Shown: positions 1 to 11,747, numbered from the stretch's first letter. The stretch: DNA of 64,000 nucleotides from an uncultured Methanosarcinaceae archaeon (GCA_963833425.1 CAWHXP010000007.1:160001-224000), one strand, 5' to 3'. A program made the numbers and translations. The notes: generated by a model from the sequence alone, not told the origin.

Positions 1-364
1 CTAATTATGAATCCACTGGAAGCAGCCAATAAAAATAAAAGTAAATATAGATCTATTAGGGCTGCATGAAGTCAGGATAAGAGAACTACAAGAGTAGATC
101 AAAGTCAAAAATAACCAAATAGATGTCAAAGGTAATATGAACTCAAACAGGCGAGAATAGATGAGTTGAAAACTCAGATACAAGTATCCTGCGGCTAGAA
201 GAACATTACGGACAAACATATAGAAAACCTGAATGAAAATATGCACAATCAGGCTGTGCATATTCAAACTTTAATCCCGGAAAACAGCAGGTAGAAAAGA
301 AACTTGATTTTATTAATTATTAAATCAATTTTTTTTTATATTAATCACTAAACAAAAAAAACAA

Positions 365-1609
365 TTATTTAATATTTCCTCCATCACAGATGATAATCTT
401 ATCAATTTGGCCGTGGCTCTCGATGGCTGGAACCATGACTCCATGATCAATAATACCACCGTCTACATGGATTTCACGACCTATACTTCCAGGTTTCAGG
501 CTTAGGCCGACGGCGGTGAGTCTGGTGATTACACCCTTGACAAGGCTGTCACCCTCACCACTGTGGGTTTCGATTCCATTGTGAACGATCAAGCGACCAA
601 AGGGATGACTTATCTGAATACCGACGGCAGCATCCGCATGCATCTCAATCCGATAAAACTCGGCAACATTGATGGTTCCTGCGTAGATGTTAAAACCACT
701 GGCTCCGAGCCCAAAAGTCTCCAACGGCGCGGTGATAATGAGCTGGTCGATGAATCCAAAGTTAACGAATCCAATCCCACTCGGACCATATGAAGTGACT
801 GGAGCTTTAACTGTCCAGCAGTCTACGGTACCCCAATTGTCCAGCACCATGTCGTTGACATGCGTAAGTTGTCACCGTACCGAGGTTGGTACCGTCCTTC
901 ATATGTGCACCGTATACGACTAAGATGGCACCTGTGATCTGTCCTGCCGTTCCCTCTCTGGTATGCCCCCTTCGGAAGAAGACCGAGCCAGTATGCAGAC
1001 GAGAAGCTTCCAAACGGCCGCTAGTATTACCACCTGGAAACAAATATCCCACTACCTCTAACTGGTGCATCCTTGCTGCCTGCTGGCAGGCCCGTGAGGT
1101 CGGCTGTGATGAGAATAGTCGCGTCAGCGTGCTGGTTTTTCCATATCGTGACCGCTCCTTGTAGCACTTTTACTCCATAGCCCTGTGGACGTGGTGACTC
1201 TCTCTTGTGTCAGCTTGCTCTATGTAGAGATCGTTCACGATTATGTGTCCTGATCGCACAGCATCGCGAGCTAAGATCTGTACCTGCCCGACCGCTTTCA
1301 ACCCTGCGAGTTCCAAAGTTCCTAGTCCATTTACTGTGGTATCATTGAACAGAGCTCGGGTAGTTGGAGACGTCTGCAGGTGCAAAGAAGCAACGTGATT
1401 GTCGCTAGTAGCTGCACTCCCCCGTCAACACCCTCGGAGAGCACCAGAGCGGCGCGGTCGTCAGCGCCTATCAGGCTGCATCAGGGTGACAGTAGGAGAG
1501 TAGGCACTTGATTAAGCATGCCCTGTACTACAATGTTACCGATCTGCTCGTCTGCGAGGGCTTGTTGAAGACGTTCGGTTGAGTTTACTGTCGTAAGAAT
1601 GCGTTTCAT
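365..1609 (-). pseudogene. Fragmented gene for an unknown Gly/Val/Ile-rich (probable beta-helix) protein, GC-richer than flanks
   Basis: ATG at 1609 (MKRILTTVNSTERLQQALADEQIG...). ORFs 1170-1385, 807-1070 and 365-850 look like consecutive pieces of one protein separated by frameshifts and stops. Confidence 0.6.
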
Positions 1610-1679
1610 GATTCACTCTCTCGTCCATTGAAAACGTTTAAGCAAATGGTGACTTGTGTATTTCTACAACCCAAACTAA

Positions 1680-2086
1680 GTTTGTTAGAATTTTGTTTCA
1701 ATTCCATCTACATCCTTGACTATTACCTCAAAGTTCTCATTTTTATTCTCGGAAATCGCATTAATTTTTCGATGTTCGCGCCTTCCAAAGTCAGCAAGGA
1801 ACCGTCTCTCCAGAATCCACATGCAAACTTGGCAATTTTTCAGCTTCAGCAGCATTATTCAACGCTGTAGACACTTCAAAGCCCCATCAGCATTCATTTT
1901 TCGATATGTTTATAGGATTTAAGATATTCTCCCGATGTTGAATTTTTTTCATTTCTTCATCCAATTGTAAAAGCTTGATATGTAATATCCCACGGGTGCT
2001 GCTGCAAACGAGTATGGAAGTCCCGATGCAACGTTATTACCAATTAGCTGAGTTATATCAGGAGTTAATTTAGAAGGGCGTGCCAT
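1680..2086 (-). pseudogene. Degraded HTH protein resembling phage terminase small subunits (MARPSKLTPDIT...MWILERRF..DFGRR)
   Basis: Manual translation from ATG 2086 across frameshifts; paralogous copy at ~51150-51403. Confidence 0.55.
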
Positions 2087-3108
2087 GATAACCCCATTTT
2101 TACATTTAATAAATATAATTGAATATTATATTTAAATTGTGTTAATTTTTATGCATAAGTCAGTATTTAGGGTAGTAAGAGCCTATCTGAAACGTTTGTA
2201 ACCTAGCATAACTTTTCAATACACAATTGAATGCTGTAATCAATTACCACTTTTACAGTTATACCATTTTTATATTTCTTACGCTCTAGAAGCCAAAAAA
2301 ATGTTTGTGGGCGCTTTTAAGGTATTTTTTTGAGTCTGATAGTGATATCCACGTGGGGATTATCAAAAAACCTACTACAGGCTCGTAAACAGTTGTTACA
2401 AAAAAAAGTACGCTACTGTCACGTATTCGCAGTAAAATTTTTTAGAATTTACAGAGTCTTAAATTAATTCTCTAATTTTATATTTTTATCTGATAATAAG
2501 TCTACATTATAAATGATTCTTAATCGTGTGCCAGATGCAGGCATTAAGTTATTCTCACTGTTTTAGCGATTATTGAACAGTAAAGGATCAGTTCTTCACT
2601 GATATCAGTAGACCCAAGACAGGCCAATGACATTCATTGGTGCTACATAATTCTAGAAGGTAGCTATTCTGAATTAAAATAGAAATAAAATCAATTAAAA
2701 ATCGTACTAAAATCGGAGAAATAGATACTTTTTATCAATAAACTTAGCCATCATAAAAGCATAAAAACTTATATTTTATCTGTTTATTTTCTAGAATAGC
2801 CAGTTCATTTGGTAATATTGTGAAATGCTAGATCAGGTCTTCAAGCTCCCAGTGCCTTTTCAATAATCAAACCTCCAAACTCAAACGCAGAGTCACTTCT
2901 ATTATGTGAAAATTATTTTTCACTTTGTGACAGACGTGCTCCATTGGGCCTTATCGACAAAATTCGAAAATAGAACAAAATTAAAACTTACTTTTCGTTG
3001 AGTTTATAATTAATAACATTTTCGGTTATCTTTTTTGGATGATTATTCAAAAATGTCTGACTTTTTTCAACTGAAGCTTTGAAAAAGTGAAAAATAAGAG
3101 AAAACAGG

Positions 3109-4158
3109 TCAGTAATCGACCTGTGCTGTTTCTTTTATCTTTTCCTTGAACAGAGTATATACCCACAACTGGTAGATGACGACTATGGGCACGAATACCA
3201 ATGCTCCTCCCAACATGATGCTCAAGGTCGTGTGGCTTGATGCTGCCTCAAAGATATCTATTCCATATTCAAGAGAAACAGAGGACTTAAGCATGTAAGG
3301 GTAGATACTCGCAAGCCCGCTTTGAACAACGAAAAGAAGCGCAAAGAGATTGCTGCAAAAGGCCGTGAACCCCCTGCTCTTTTTTGCAAAGAACACAGCA
3401 AGGACAGCTGCCACTACCGCAAGAACTGGCAATAAGTACAGAGCTGGAGTTGCTGAATAGTTGGTTATAAAACCTTCTATACCCAGAAAGGAATATGCCA
3501 GATAGATCAGAGCAAGTACAAGTACAATAATAGTGCTCTTCTTTGCCAGATCACCTGATTTTGCAGCTATGGCACTTTCAGTCTTTACATTGATCCAGAG
3601 AGCACCTGACGTAACACTCATAAACACAAATAAGACACCGCCTATTAATGCATATGGGCTGAAAAGTCCAGGTAGGGTACCATTATAAATTCTTCCTGAA
3701 GCGATTTCAAACCCCTTGAAAAAGTTCGCAAATGCAACTCCCAAGATCAGAGAGATCAGCAGGCTTCCAACGAACCATCCCCACGTAAGGATCTTTTGGA
3801 TCTGTGGATTATCATCCTTGTGGAGATATTCCACGGAAATTCCCCTCGCGACCAGGCCGATGAGCAGCAACATCATAGGAAGATACAGGAAGGTAAACAT
3901 CTTTGAGAATACCAAAGGGAATGCAGCAAATGTTTCACCTACAGCCAGGATAAGCCATACCTCATTACCGCCCCAGAAAGGACCCACAGATCTCTGGATT
4001 TGTATCCTCTGCACCTTATCTGTGGCAATAAAGGGTGCCAAAAGTCCTGCTCCAAGGGAAAATGAGTCTACAATGAAGTAAATTCCCCATATTATGCACC
4101 ACAGGAAGAACCAGATAACAGCAAGCATATCGCGAGTAAGGAAATTGAACACTTTCAC
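3109..4158 (-). CDS. cydB: Cytochrome bd oxidase subunit II
   Basis: 349 aa polytopic membrane protein with GPFWGGNEVWL...FAAFP motif; overlaps cydA stop. Confidence 0.95.
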   Translation of the reverse strand: MKVFNFLTRDMLAVIWFFLWCIIWGIYFIVDSFSLGAGLLAPFIATDKVQRIQIQRSVGPFWGGNEVWLILAVGETFAAFPLVFSKMFTFLYLPMMLLLIGLVARGISVEYLHKDDNPQIQKILTWGWFVGSLLISLILGVAFANFFKGFEIASGRIYNGTLPGLFSPYALIGGVLFVFMSVTSGALWINVKTESAIAAKSGDLAKKSTIIVLVLALIYLAYSFLGIEGFITNYSATPALYLLPVLAVVAAVLAVFFAKKSRGFTAFCSNLFALLFVVQSGLASIYPYMLKSSVSLEYGIDIFEAASSHTTLSIMLGGALVFVPIVVIYQLWVYTLFKEKIKETAQVDY

Positions 4159-5471
4159 TCAACTCCTGTCGCATTGACTACGGTTTTCGTTATGAGGTAT
4201 ATCTCAAAGACCATCAGGATCAGATAGAATACACTGATAAGGACAACACTTAACAACACATCTGATGCGGGAACCGATGATATACCATTAGCTGTCTTTA
4301 GCAGACCATATACCAGCCATGGCTGCCTTCCTATCTCAGTTACATTCCAGCCAGCAATGATAGCTATGAATGGGAGTGGAATCGACCACATCAGTAGCTT
4401 AAGATACTTATCCGATGTGTACAGCTTGCCTGACTTTTGAAGATATGAGCCTACAAGAGCCTCTATGATGAACAAGAATCCAAAAATTGTCATCAGTTTG
4501 AAGCTCCAGAATACTATTTCTACAGGTGGTAATTCATCCTGAGGTAGCCGCTTAAGACCTGTTATAGTTCCGCTGAAACTTCCTGTATACAGGAAACTTG
4601 CAAGACCCGGAATTCCCAGCAACTGAATACTATTGGAACCGGTGCTTGAATCAGGTACCTGTATCAGATACGTGGGCAATGAGGAACCTGTTTCCCATAT
4701 CGCATCCATTGCTGCTCCTTTAGCAGGCTGAAGCTCAGTAACATATTGTGCATAACCGTGCCCAAGAGCTGGAAGCACGACTGCAGTAGCGAGTGCTATG
4801 GTAACCGCCATGCTGAAAGATTTCTTGAATACTTCAATGTTGTTCCTTTTAAGGAAATGATAGGCACAGATTCCCATGATCAGGAATGCAGTCAACAGAT
4901 AACCTGAAAGCAGAGTATGTACCAGCATGTACCACACATAACTGTTTGTAAGTAAAGCAAAGAAATCTGTCATAACCACCTTATTCCCATCAGCAGCCAT
5001 CTCATAGCCTACGGGATTCTGCATAAAACCGTTAGCAGTGATTATCCATAATGAGGATATGTTAGTACCCAGAGCAACCATCCACATGGAAAATGCCTTT
5101 AGTTTCTGACGGTTGCGGTCCAGGAATATCCATACTCCAAAAAAAGTACCTTCAAGGAAGAAAGCCAATAACGCTTCCACCGCTAAAGGTGGTCCAAAGA
5201 CATCTCCCATGAATTCAGCATAGGCACCCCAGTTAGTACCGAATTGGAAAGTCATTGCAAGACCTGATACTAGACCTATTGCAAAGTTTATCTTGAATAT
5301 TCTGCCCCAGAAATCGGCCATCTTTCGCCAAGTTTCATCTTTGCTCTTGTAGTATACCGTTTCCATGCCTGCCACTAACAGTGCGAGTCCCAGTGTTAGT
5401 GGAACGAATAGAAAATGGAACGCAATTGTTATGGCAAACTGAAGCCGGCTTAATAAAACCAATTCGACCAT
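4155..5471 (-). CDS. cydA: Cytochrome bd oxidase subunit I
   Basis: LSRLQFA..FHFLFVPLT, FQFGTNW, QPAK and GWNVTEIGRQPW motifs. Confidence 0.96.
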   Translation of the reverse strand: MVELVLLSRLQFAITIAFHFLFVPLTLGLALLVAGMETVYYKSKDETWRKMADFWGRIFKINFAIGLVSGLAMTFQFGTNWGAYAEFMGDVFGPPLAVEALLAFFLEGTFFGVWIFLDRNRQKLKAFSMWMVALGTNISSLWIITANGFMQNPVGYEMAADGNKVVMTDFFALLTNSYVWYMLVHTLLSGYLLTAFLIMGICAYHFLKRNNIEVFKKSFSMAVTIALATAVVLPALGHGYAQYVTELQPAKGAAMDAIWETGSSLPTYLIQVPDSSTGSNSIQLLGIPGLASFLYTGSFSGTITGLKRLPQDELPPVEIVFWSFKLMTIFGFLFIIEALVGSYLQKSGKLYTSDKYLKLLMWSIPLPFIAIIAGWNVTEIGRQPWLVYGLLKTANGISSVPASDVLLSVVLISVFYLILMVFEIYLITKTVVNATGVE

Positions 5472-6543
5472 TCATTATCCCTAGTTTTTTTACTTACATT
5501 CTAGATTTATCAGATATTTTTTAAAGTTCATAATATGTAATCGTGGTTAACAGGACGCTAGTCACTAGGCTAATTATGTCTATTCCAGGATCAAGAGACG
5601 ATAAACTTAGTCGGAGGCTTAAACTATTGAGACTTACGTTATAGTGTGGTTGTGTAGTATAAAAACTTAGATATGTGAAAATGGTTCTGAATAAAGACAA
5701 TAAAAGCCACTTCAGAGATGTTCCTTATTTAGACCATGTTTTTCGGTTTACTGATCAAGAAGCTGAGTTCAAGGCTATCAGCATCGACCAGTTTCATGGA
5801 TCCCAATTCATGGCGATTTAGTCGTCGACGTACACATACATTCTCATCTTTATGATGTTTTTCCATATAATATTAAGTTTAATAGGATTGCTAGCAATGT
5901 ACACATGATTAATTTTATAGAGTCTATAATTATCTCGGCTCCTACAGCGAAAGGCAAAGAACTTTATTATCCATGCAGATAGATATAATGTAACTTATAT
6001 TAATTATTTAGTTAGATTATTTAAGCACGAAGTCGAAGTTTAGATAATCTGAGTCAAAAATAAAAGATTGTGGAGAGATTTGAGACGTTTTCTTGTGATG
6101 TATAGGGACATCCAAAAGGGAAACAGCAAAAAACTTACTGTGGGATCTGAGATTAAACCGAAATTTAAAGAATGGGAAAAAATTGGCAGTCTCAACTCAG
6201 CCAATAAAATAATTAAAATAAATTTCGTCTCAGAATTCGAGTATAAAATCGTCATTATTATATCATAATGTTAGATTTATGAAAATATCTTGGAATAATG
6301 GAGTGCGCTAGAACTACTCAAAAGCTTGTCTATATCGGATGCGGTTAAAAAGTGCATTTAATTATTGCGATGACTATAACCAAAGTGTGCAAAAAAATGC
6401 AAAATGTCTTATATAAGAAAAACATTATCCTATTATATAGGTAGTTGATATCATTTTGTATGAAAATTCCAAATTAATTTTGCTCTTTGGTGTGTTAAAC
6501 ACAATACTAAAGCAGTTAAATTGCACTGATGCGTAACAAAATT

Positions 6544-6657
6544 AGGGTCACGCAGTTAAACTGAAAAAAGGAATCACTAAGCTCTTAATAGTTTGAATCA
6601 CAAGAAAGATAGAGAGGTTGCATATACTTTGTTTCGTTTTTCGACTACCTAAGTCCT
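6544..6657. mobile_element. MITE-like element with AGG(A/G)CTTACGCA-type inverted ends
   Basis: AGGGTCACGCA ... CCTAAGTCCT; related elements at 11192-11324 and 54424-54537. Confidence 0.45.
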
Positions 6658-6768
6658 AAAAATATAAAAAGTAAAATTAATTCTTCGAATAACAGGCAAA
6701 AATAGATTAAGACAACTGCAAGTTAACATAACATTCATTCTAAATTGTATGATAGAGAGGAAAAATAA

Positions 6769-7068
6769 ATGTATAAACAAAAATTTGCTAGTATAGGAAA
6801 AGCACTAATTTTGCTGCTACTATTCTTTTTTGTAACGTCAGTGATAACTACAACTGTGTATGCAACTATGGGCGCATACCCATCGTCTCCAGGTACACCG
6901 GCATCTCCAGGTACACCATCGTCTCCAGGTACACCGGCATCTCCAGGTACACCATCGTCTCCAGGTACACCGGCATCTCCAGGTACACCATCGTCTCCAG
7001 GTACACCGGCATCTCCAGGCACCCCGCCGTCTCCTGGCACGCCCCCAACGCTCCCATATTATTATTAA
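6769..7068 (+). CDS. Small secreted Pro/Ser/Gly/Thr repeat protein, (S/A/P)SPGTP x9
   Basis: GAGG RBS-like motif upstream, hydrophobic signal peptide ending VYA, nine hexapeptide repeats, C-terminal PYYY. Confidence 0.8.
   Translation: MYKQKFASIGKALILLLLFFFVTSVITTTVYATMGAYPSSPGTPASPGTPSSPGTPASPGTPSSPGTPASPGTPSSPGTPASPGTPPSPGTPPTLPYYY
6883..7044 (+). repeat. 18-bp tandem repeat with 36-bp higher-order alternation
   Basis: TCGTCTCCAGGTACACCG / GCATCTCCAGGTACACCA alternate four times, followed by one degenerate unit. Confidence 0.95.
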
Positions 7069-7288
7069 ATCCCGAAATCTTAATCTATTTGAGTGCACTT
7101 TGCAAGAAAACAATTTTTGATGAGCATACTGCTCTTTCCCACTAATTTATATGGATAGAGCATAAAATCCATCAGTCTTTAGCTCAGGAAATCTAAGCAT
7201 CAACTCGAATCATGATTCCAGAAATAAAATCTTGTATCTTCTTTATTAACATTCTCTGTAAAGATGAAATATACATGATGTTCGCTAA

Positions 7289-7325
7289 GTGAACCACCAC
7301 TCAGCTAAATACTGAGTGGGATTTC
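7289..7325 (-). mobile_element. IS200/IS605-type right-end hairpin remnant
   Basis: Minus strand GAAATCCCACTCAG-TATTTAG-CTGAGTGG-TGGTTCAC: perfect 8-bp stem followed by terminal TCAC. Confidence 0.5.
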
Positions 7326-7630
7326 ATAATTGCATATTCCAATGTACCAAAACTGTTGTAATCTTATAATCAGAAAGTGGCTTCACTGTAATTGATTTTT
7401 TGGTTCAAATTTCGTAAAGCATCAGTTTCTGCGAACTTTCTTCGTTAACTTTATATTAACATCATTCTATAATTTTCTATTGGATATGACCTTTCTTTTT
7501 TCGGTTTTTTTCCTTTTGCCTACTCAAATTCACTTTCTTTATAACCCTTATTATCGATCAAAAATATTTAGATCCACGTTTATTTTTCTAAAACGAATTA
7601 ATCAACATTAAACCCAAGCAGTGAACCCGT

Positions 7631-8116
7631 ATGAGTGAAGAAATACAAAAAGCTTTAAAGGCTTCTGGGCTTGATGTGCTTTCATGTATGCAATGTGGCA
7701 CATGCACAGGAAGCTGCCCCTCTGGATGGAATACCGGATTCAATACCCGAAGAATTATCAGGGACGCATGCAAAAATAGAATATCAGTTCTCTCAGATGA
7801 TAATCTTTGGCTATGCACCACTTGTTATACTTGCCAGGAGCGATGTCCACGTGGAATACCAATTACAGATACCATTCTTAATCTCCGAAGACTTGCAGTT
7901 AGAGAGGGTTTGATACTTCCTGAACACCGGAAAGTTGCAGAAATGGTAATTGAGCGAGGACATGCAGTTCCTCTAGACGAAGAAACAAAGAAAAAAAGAG
8001 AAGAACTAGGACTTGAACCTATACCTGAGACTGTGCAGAAGTGTCCGGAAGCTCTCGAAGAACTAAAAATTCTTCTCAAGATTTGTAAATTCGACGAATT
8101 GGTAGCGGAAAGATGA
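7631..8116 (+). CDS. hdrC: Heterodisulfide reductase subunit C
   Basis: CMQCGTCTGSCP and WLCTTCYTCQERCPR 2x[4Fe-4S] motifs, GHAVP; 161 aa. Confidence 0.92.
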   Translation: MSEEIQKALKASGLDVLSCMQCGTCTGSCPSGWNTGFNTRRIIRDACKNRISVLSDDNLWLCTTCYTCQERCPRGIPITDTILNLRRLAVREGLILPEHRKVAEMVIERGHAVPLDEETKKKREELGLEPIPETVQKCPEALEELKILLKICKFDELVAER

Positions 8117-8712
8117 GGGAGCAAATGTTTCCAAAGAGCTGTAGCTATTTTTTAGCTTCATTTACCTAATAATTAGGATCATCATAGCTCCCAGTGTCAA
8201 TAAATTAGATATAGCAAAGTTCATAACAAAAAGAATGCTATTTTTGATATCCAGTAACTCTTAAGCATACAGATACTCAGTTGGAAGCTACTTCTTTTTA
8301 TACAACAGATACTGTTGACTATTAACTAACTGAAAGATTAAAAACACTGACATGAACCCGGATTTCGACTATCCAGTCGTAAAATGAACTCGTATGAGGC
8401 TGTTTAAGACACTTTTTTGTGTAGGGACATAATTAATATCAAATTATTGTTCACTTTTAAATCATATTATATGGAAGTAGTTTTTATTCACAAACTATGT
8501 TCTGTATAATTAATTTGAAATAGAATGGTTACGTGAAAAATTACATATTATAGCCTTGGTATGTTGCCGCTCTATAAGAATAATTATAATTAAAGATCCA
8601 CCGAAAACGATTCAATATATATACTTAAGGCTTATTAATAGTATCTAGTTTATAATATCTATATTTTATAATAAAATATACGTTATATATATTTAATATT
8701 AAGGTGCAAAAA

Positions 8713-9251
8713 ATGAGAAATACTTTAACAAGATATATCGAGTTGATTTTTTTAATAAGTTGTTTCGTTGCTCTTGCTGTCCCAAGTTTAGCAGCAGATG
8801 GAATTTTAAACCAGGATCAACAATGGATCAACGTAACTACTGTCGATAAAAATATAGTTGAGAATGATTTTAATTCCTTAAGTGCCGGGATAAATAAAAA
8901 TTCGATATCTACAGATGATCTTGACAAATTAACAGATAACTTCCAAAAAAATTCAACCGTATTAATAAACGATAGTCAGATAGCTCTGAATCATAGTACT
9001 AATTCTACGGTTTCCCGGAATTATTGAATGCAAAATTTGCATATGAAGAAGCAATGTCTAAGGCTAACAGGGCAGGATTTTATGCATCTAAATATGCAAA
9101 AGATACATCAGGTACTGAGGTGATAATGGCTATAAAAGTAATAAATAATCGTAAGAAATTTACAGATCTCCTAATCGACTATAGGGATAACATCAAGGAA
9201 ATGCAGCGGTTATTAGAAATTTATTTGCAAAATCACTCTACTACAGCTTAA
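8713..9251 (+). pseudogene. Secreted hypothetical protein, split by one frameshift near 9023
   Basis: Signal peptide (LIFLISCFVALAVPSLAA) in ORF 8704-9027; overlapping ORF 9024-9251 continues in another frame. Confidence 0.5.
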
Positions 9252-9929
9252 TTACCTTTAATTTTATTTTGTCTATGTACTTAGAAATAAAAAAATACCT
9301 TTGTAGTAATCCTATGGATAAAGGATCTTCATTAATTTAAATTGAATGGACGAGTCTATTTCATTTATTTACTTTTTTCATACTCTTGCATCTGTTTTAT
9401 GTGGGTTTTCTGCAAAGTCAAGGATCGATGCTTGGGAGATTGCAAGAATCTTAAACCAAGATAAATAGCTAAGAACTAGGACAAGATTCAGTAGATTGAA
9501 GGTATAGGACAATTTTCTGCTTAGAAAAATTGAAATCTTATTCTGATTACTGGAAAAGTTTCTTATTTTTGTATGAAGAAATATGAGAGTAGCGTTAATG
9601 GTGTTATTAAATCAAGAAGGAATTGAAGAAAATACGAAGTATATTTTTTCAAATGATATTTCTAAGAAATATAAAGCCATATTGTCCAGTATAGCTTAAA
9701 GTGGCTGAAAGAAGTAGATCCCTTTTTGAAAGAATCGATTAAGAGTAAGTGAAGTACTGAATTTAAAAATTATGAAATATTTGTTAATACTTGTTGTTAA
9801 ATAGCCTTAAATAGTTTTATATTATAAAACTCTTCTATTAGTCGTGGTTTTTGTCTAAGAATATGTATAGTTCTTTTAGTGTACGAATGATCGGTTAAAA
9901 TATATGAATAAACCGGAGTGAAACGAAAA

Positions 9930-10698
9930 TTGAAACAACTAATTCGTGGGACAAAAAAGTTGTTGATCATTTCATTTGTAGTTCTTTTTGTAGTATCATT
10001 GACAGCTGCACCAACGATTGCAGCTCACTCTGGCCACCACCATAGAGAGCACAAATCGATGGAGCAAACCTCTTGAAGGGGTGACCATAACTAAACTAAA
10101 ATTGAAGGATTAATCATTGATGGGATATTATTAAAGGGTTAACCATAGATAAGCTAACTATTGATAAACTTACATTTGATGCCCAAAAATTGAATAAGCT
10201 AACCGGGGAAAGGCGTGACTATATCTAAGTTAGCCTTGGAGGAGCTAGTCGGTAACGGGACGATGCTTCACGGGCTAATTATCGATAAGTTAACCGTTGA
10301 TAAGTTAACATTCGATGACCGTACCTTGAAAAAATTGATTTTGATGGAACTGACCACAGGTAAGCTGACTGTGAAGGGGCAGAAGACCATGAAGGGGCTG
10401 ACCATAAATAAGCTGATAGCGAAGTAACAGGCCGTGAAGGAGCTAATCATTGATGGCCATACGTTAATAGGGCAAAAAGGAAAAAAACTGGCTTTAAGGG
10501 ATAATAAATAAAAAAATAAATCTTCAAATGGAAAAATAGGGAACAAAAGGGCTTTAAAGGATAATACAAAAAAATAAAAAGACTTAGAAGAAAAAAATAA
10601 AAAAGGCACGAACTTTAAAGAAACATAAAGTGAGTGAACGAACTTTAGACTGAAAGAACTAACTTTTAGAAATTTCACTGATGTTCAAGCTTTGTGAA
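9930..10698 (+). pseudogene. Secreted protein with His-rich linker and LT(I/V/F)DK-type pentapeptide repeats, degraded
   Basis: GGAGTG at 9915, TTG start, signal peptide MKQLIRGTKKLLIISFVVLFVVSLTAAPTIA, HSGHHH, then LTIDKLTIDKLTFD / LIIDKLTVDKLTFD across several frameshifts and TAA stops. Confidence 0.65.
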
Positions 10699-11191
10699 TT
10701 CAAATATAGTATCAATAGCCCTTTTTCAGTTTTCAGCATTATTAACAAACTTCGAACTTTTCTCAAGGATTGAGAACTGGGGATATTTATACCGCTGAAA
10801 ATGGAGAACTCGTGACTGCCGTTGATACCCCGTTGTTATTATCCAAAAAATTGCCAATAGTATTTCTCTTGGTAAAAATGTCATTATGAATAACTGATAT
10901 GGTTTACTGATGCCAATCGAGGGGATGTTCTCGTATTTCACATCTTTTATTTGCAGCTCAAAATATAAACTCAGATTCACTGTGTTTATTCACGTAATAT
11001 ACAATAGAATATCAGCGATCTCGAGTCTCCGTCATTTTTTTTGTTTACATTATCAAAACCGTACGGTATTTGAGATTCATTTTTTGCTCCCAATAGCTGG
11101 TGTAATATTTTTACCTAGGGTACGACAATCTGTATAAATGCTTACATTTTTTGATTGTATATAAATTATCTAGCATCAGGGTTATGAAGAC

Positions 11192-11324
11192 AGGACTTAT
11201 GCACGTTAGGAACAAAACAAAAGGTTATAAACTGTGTAATTAAGCTAGACATTTATACTACTTAGATTTCGAACAATTAGATGCTTAACACTATTGATTT
11301 CCCCACTTCAATCACTTAAGTCCT
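11192..11324. mobile_element. MITE-like element with AGGACTTATGCA...CTTAAGTCCT inverted ends
   Basis: Imperfect terminal inverted repeats, no ORF. Confidence 0.55.
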
Positions 11325-11747
11325 GAAAGAATCTCAAATTAACTCCCCTGTTCATTGGTTGTGAGCTTATTACCATCCAATAATAATGTTTTTTCGTTTA
11401 AATAGATTGAATTTTTGTTCAAATTATTATTCTCTGAACAGTCCTTGCGTTACTTATGGATTTAACGCTTGAATTTGTGTACATCTATTCGGATTTCAAT
11501 ATTTTTTTCAATTCCACATTTATGTGGAGTAAAAATCAACAAATTTAATGAATTTTCTACAAATATTGTACTCCACTTTAACTGTGTAAATCACACTAAT
11601 TTTCATGTTGGTAATGTTATTTCTTATAAATGAATAAAATATTCACTGAGAAAATCTTAGTGTTAGCCCTTCTAAAGTTAACCTACCAAGCAATGACTAG
11701 GCGGTTCGCAATCAGCTGTCTTATGTAAGGCCCACTAATGACAAAAT

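Noticed and set aside
6883..7044. Homology to tau SPGTP or the RNA polymerase II CTD
   Set aside because: Short low-complexity resemblance with no evidence of common ancestry.
6735..7120. Alternative ORFs over the SPGTP repeat (VPGDAG, WRCRCT, HRLQVH, VYLEMP)
   Set aside because: Frames are open only because the repeat lacks stops; only 6769-7068 has an RBS-like motif and a signal peptide.
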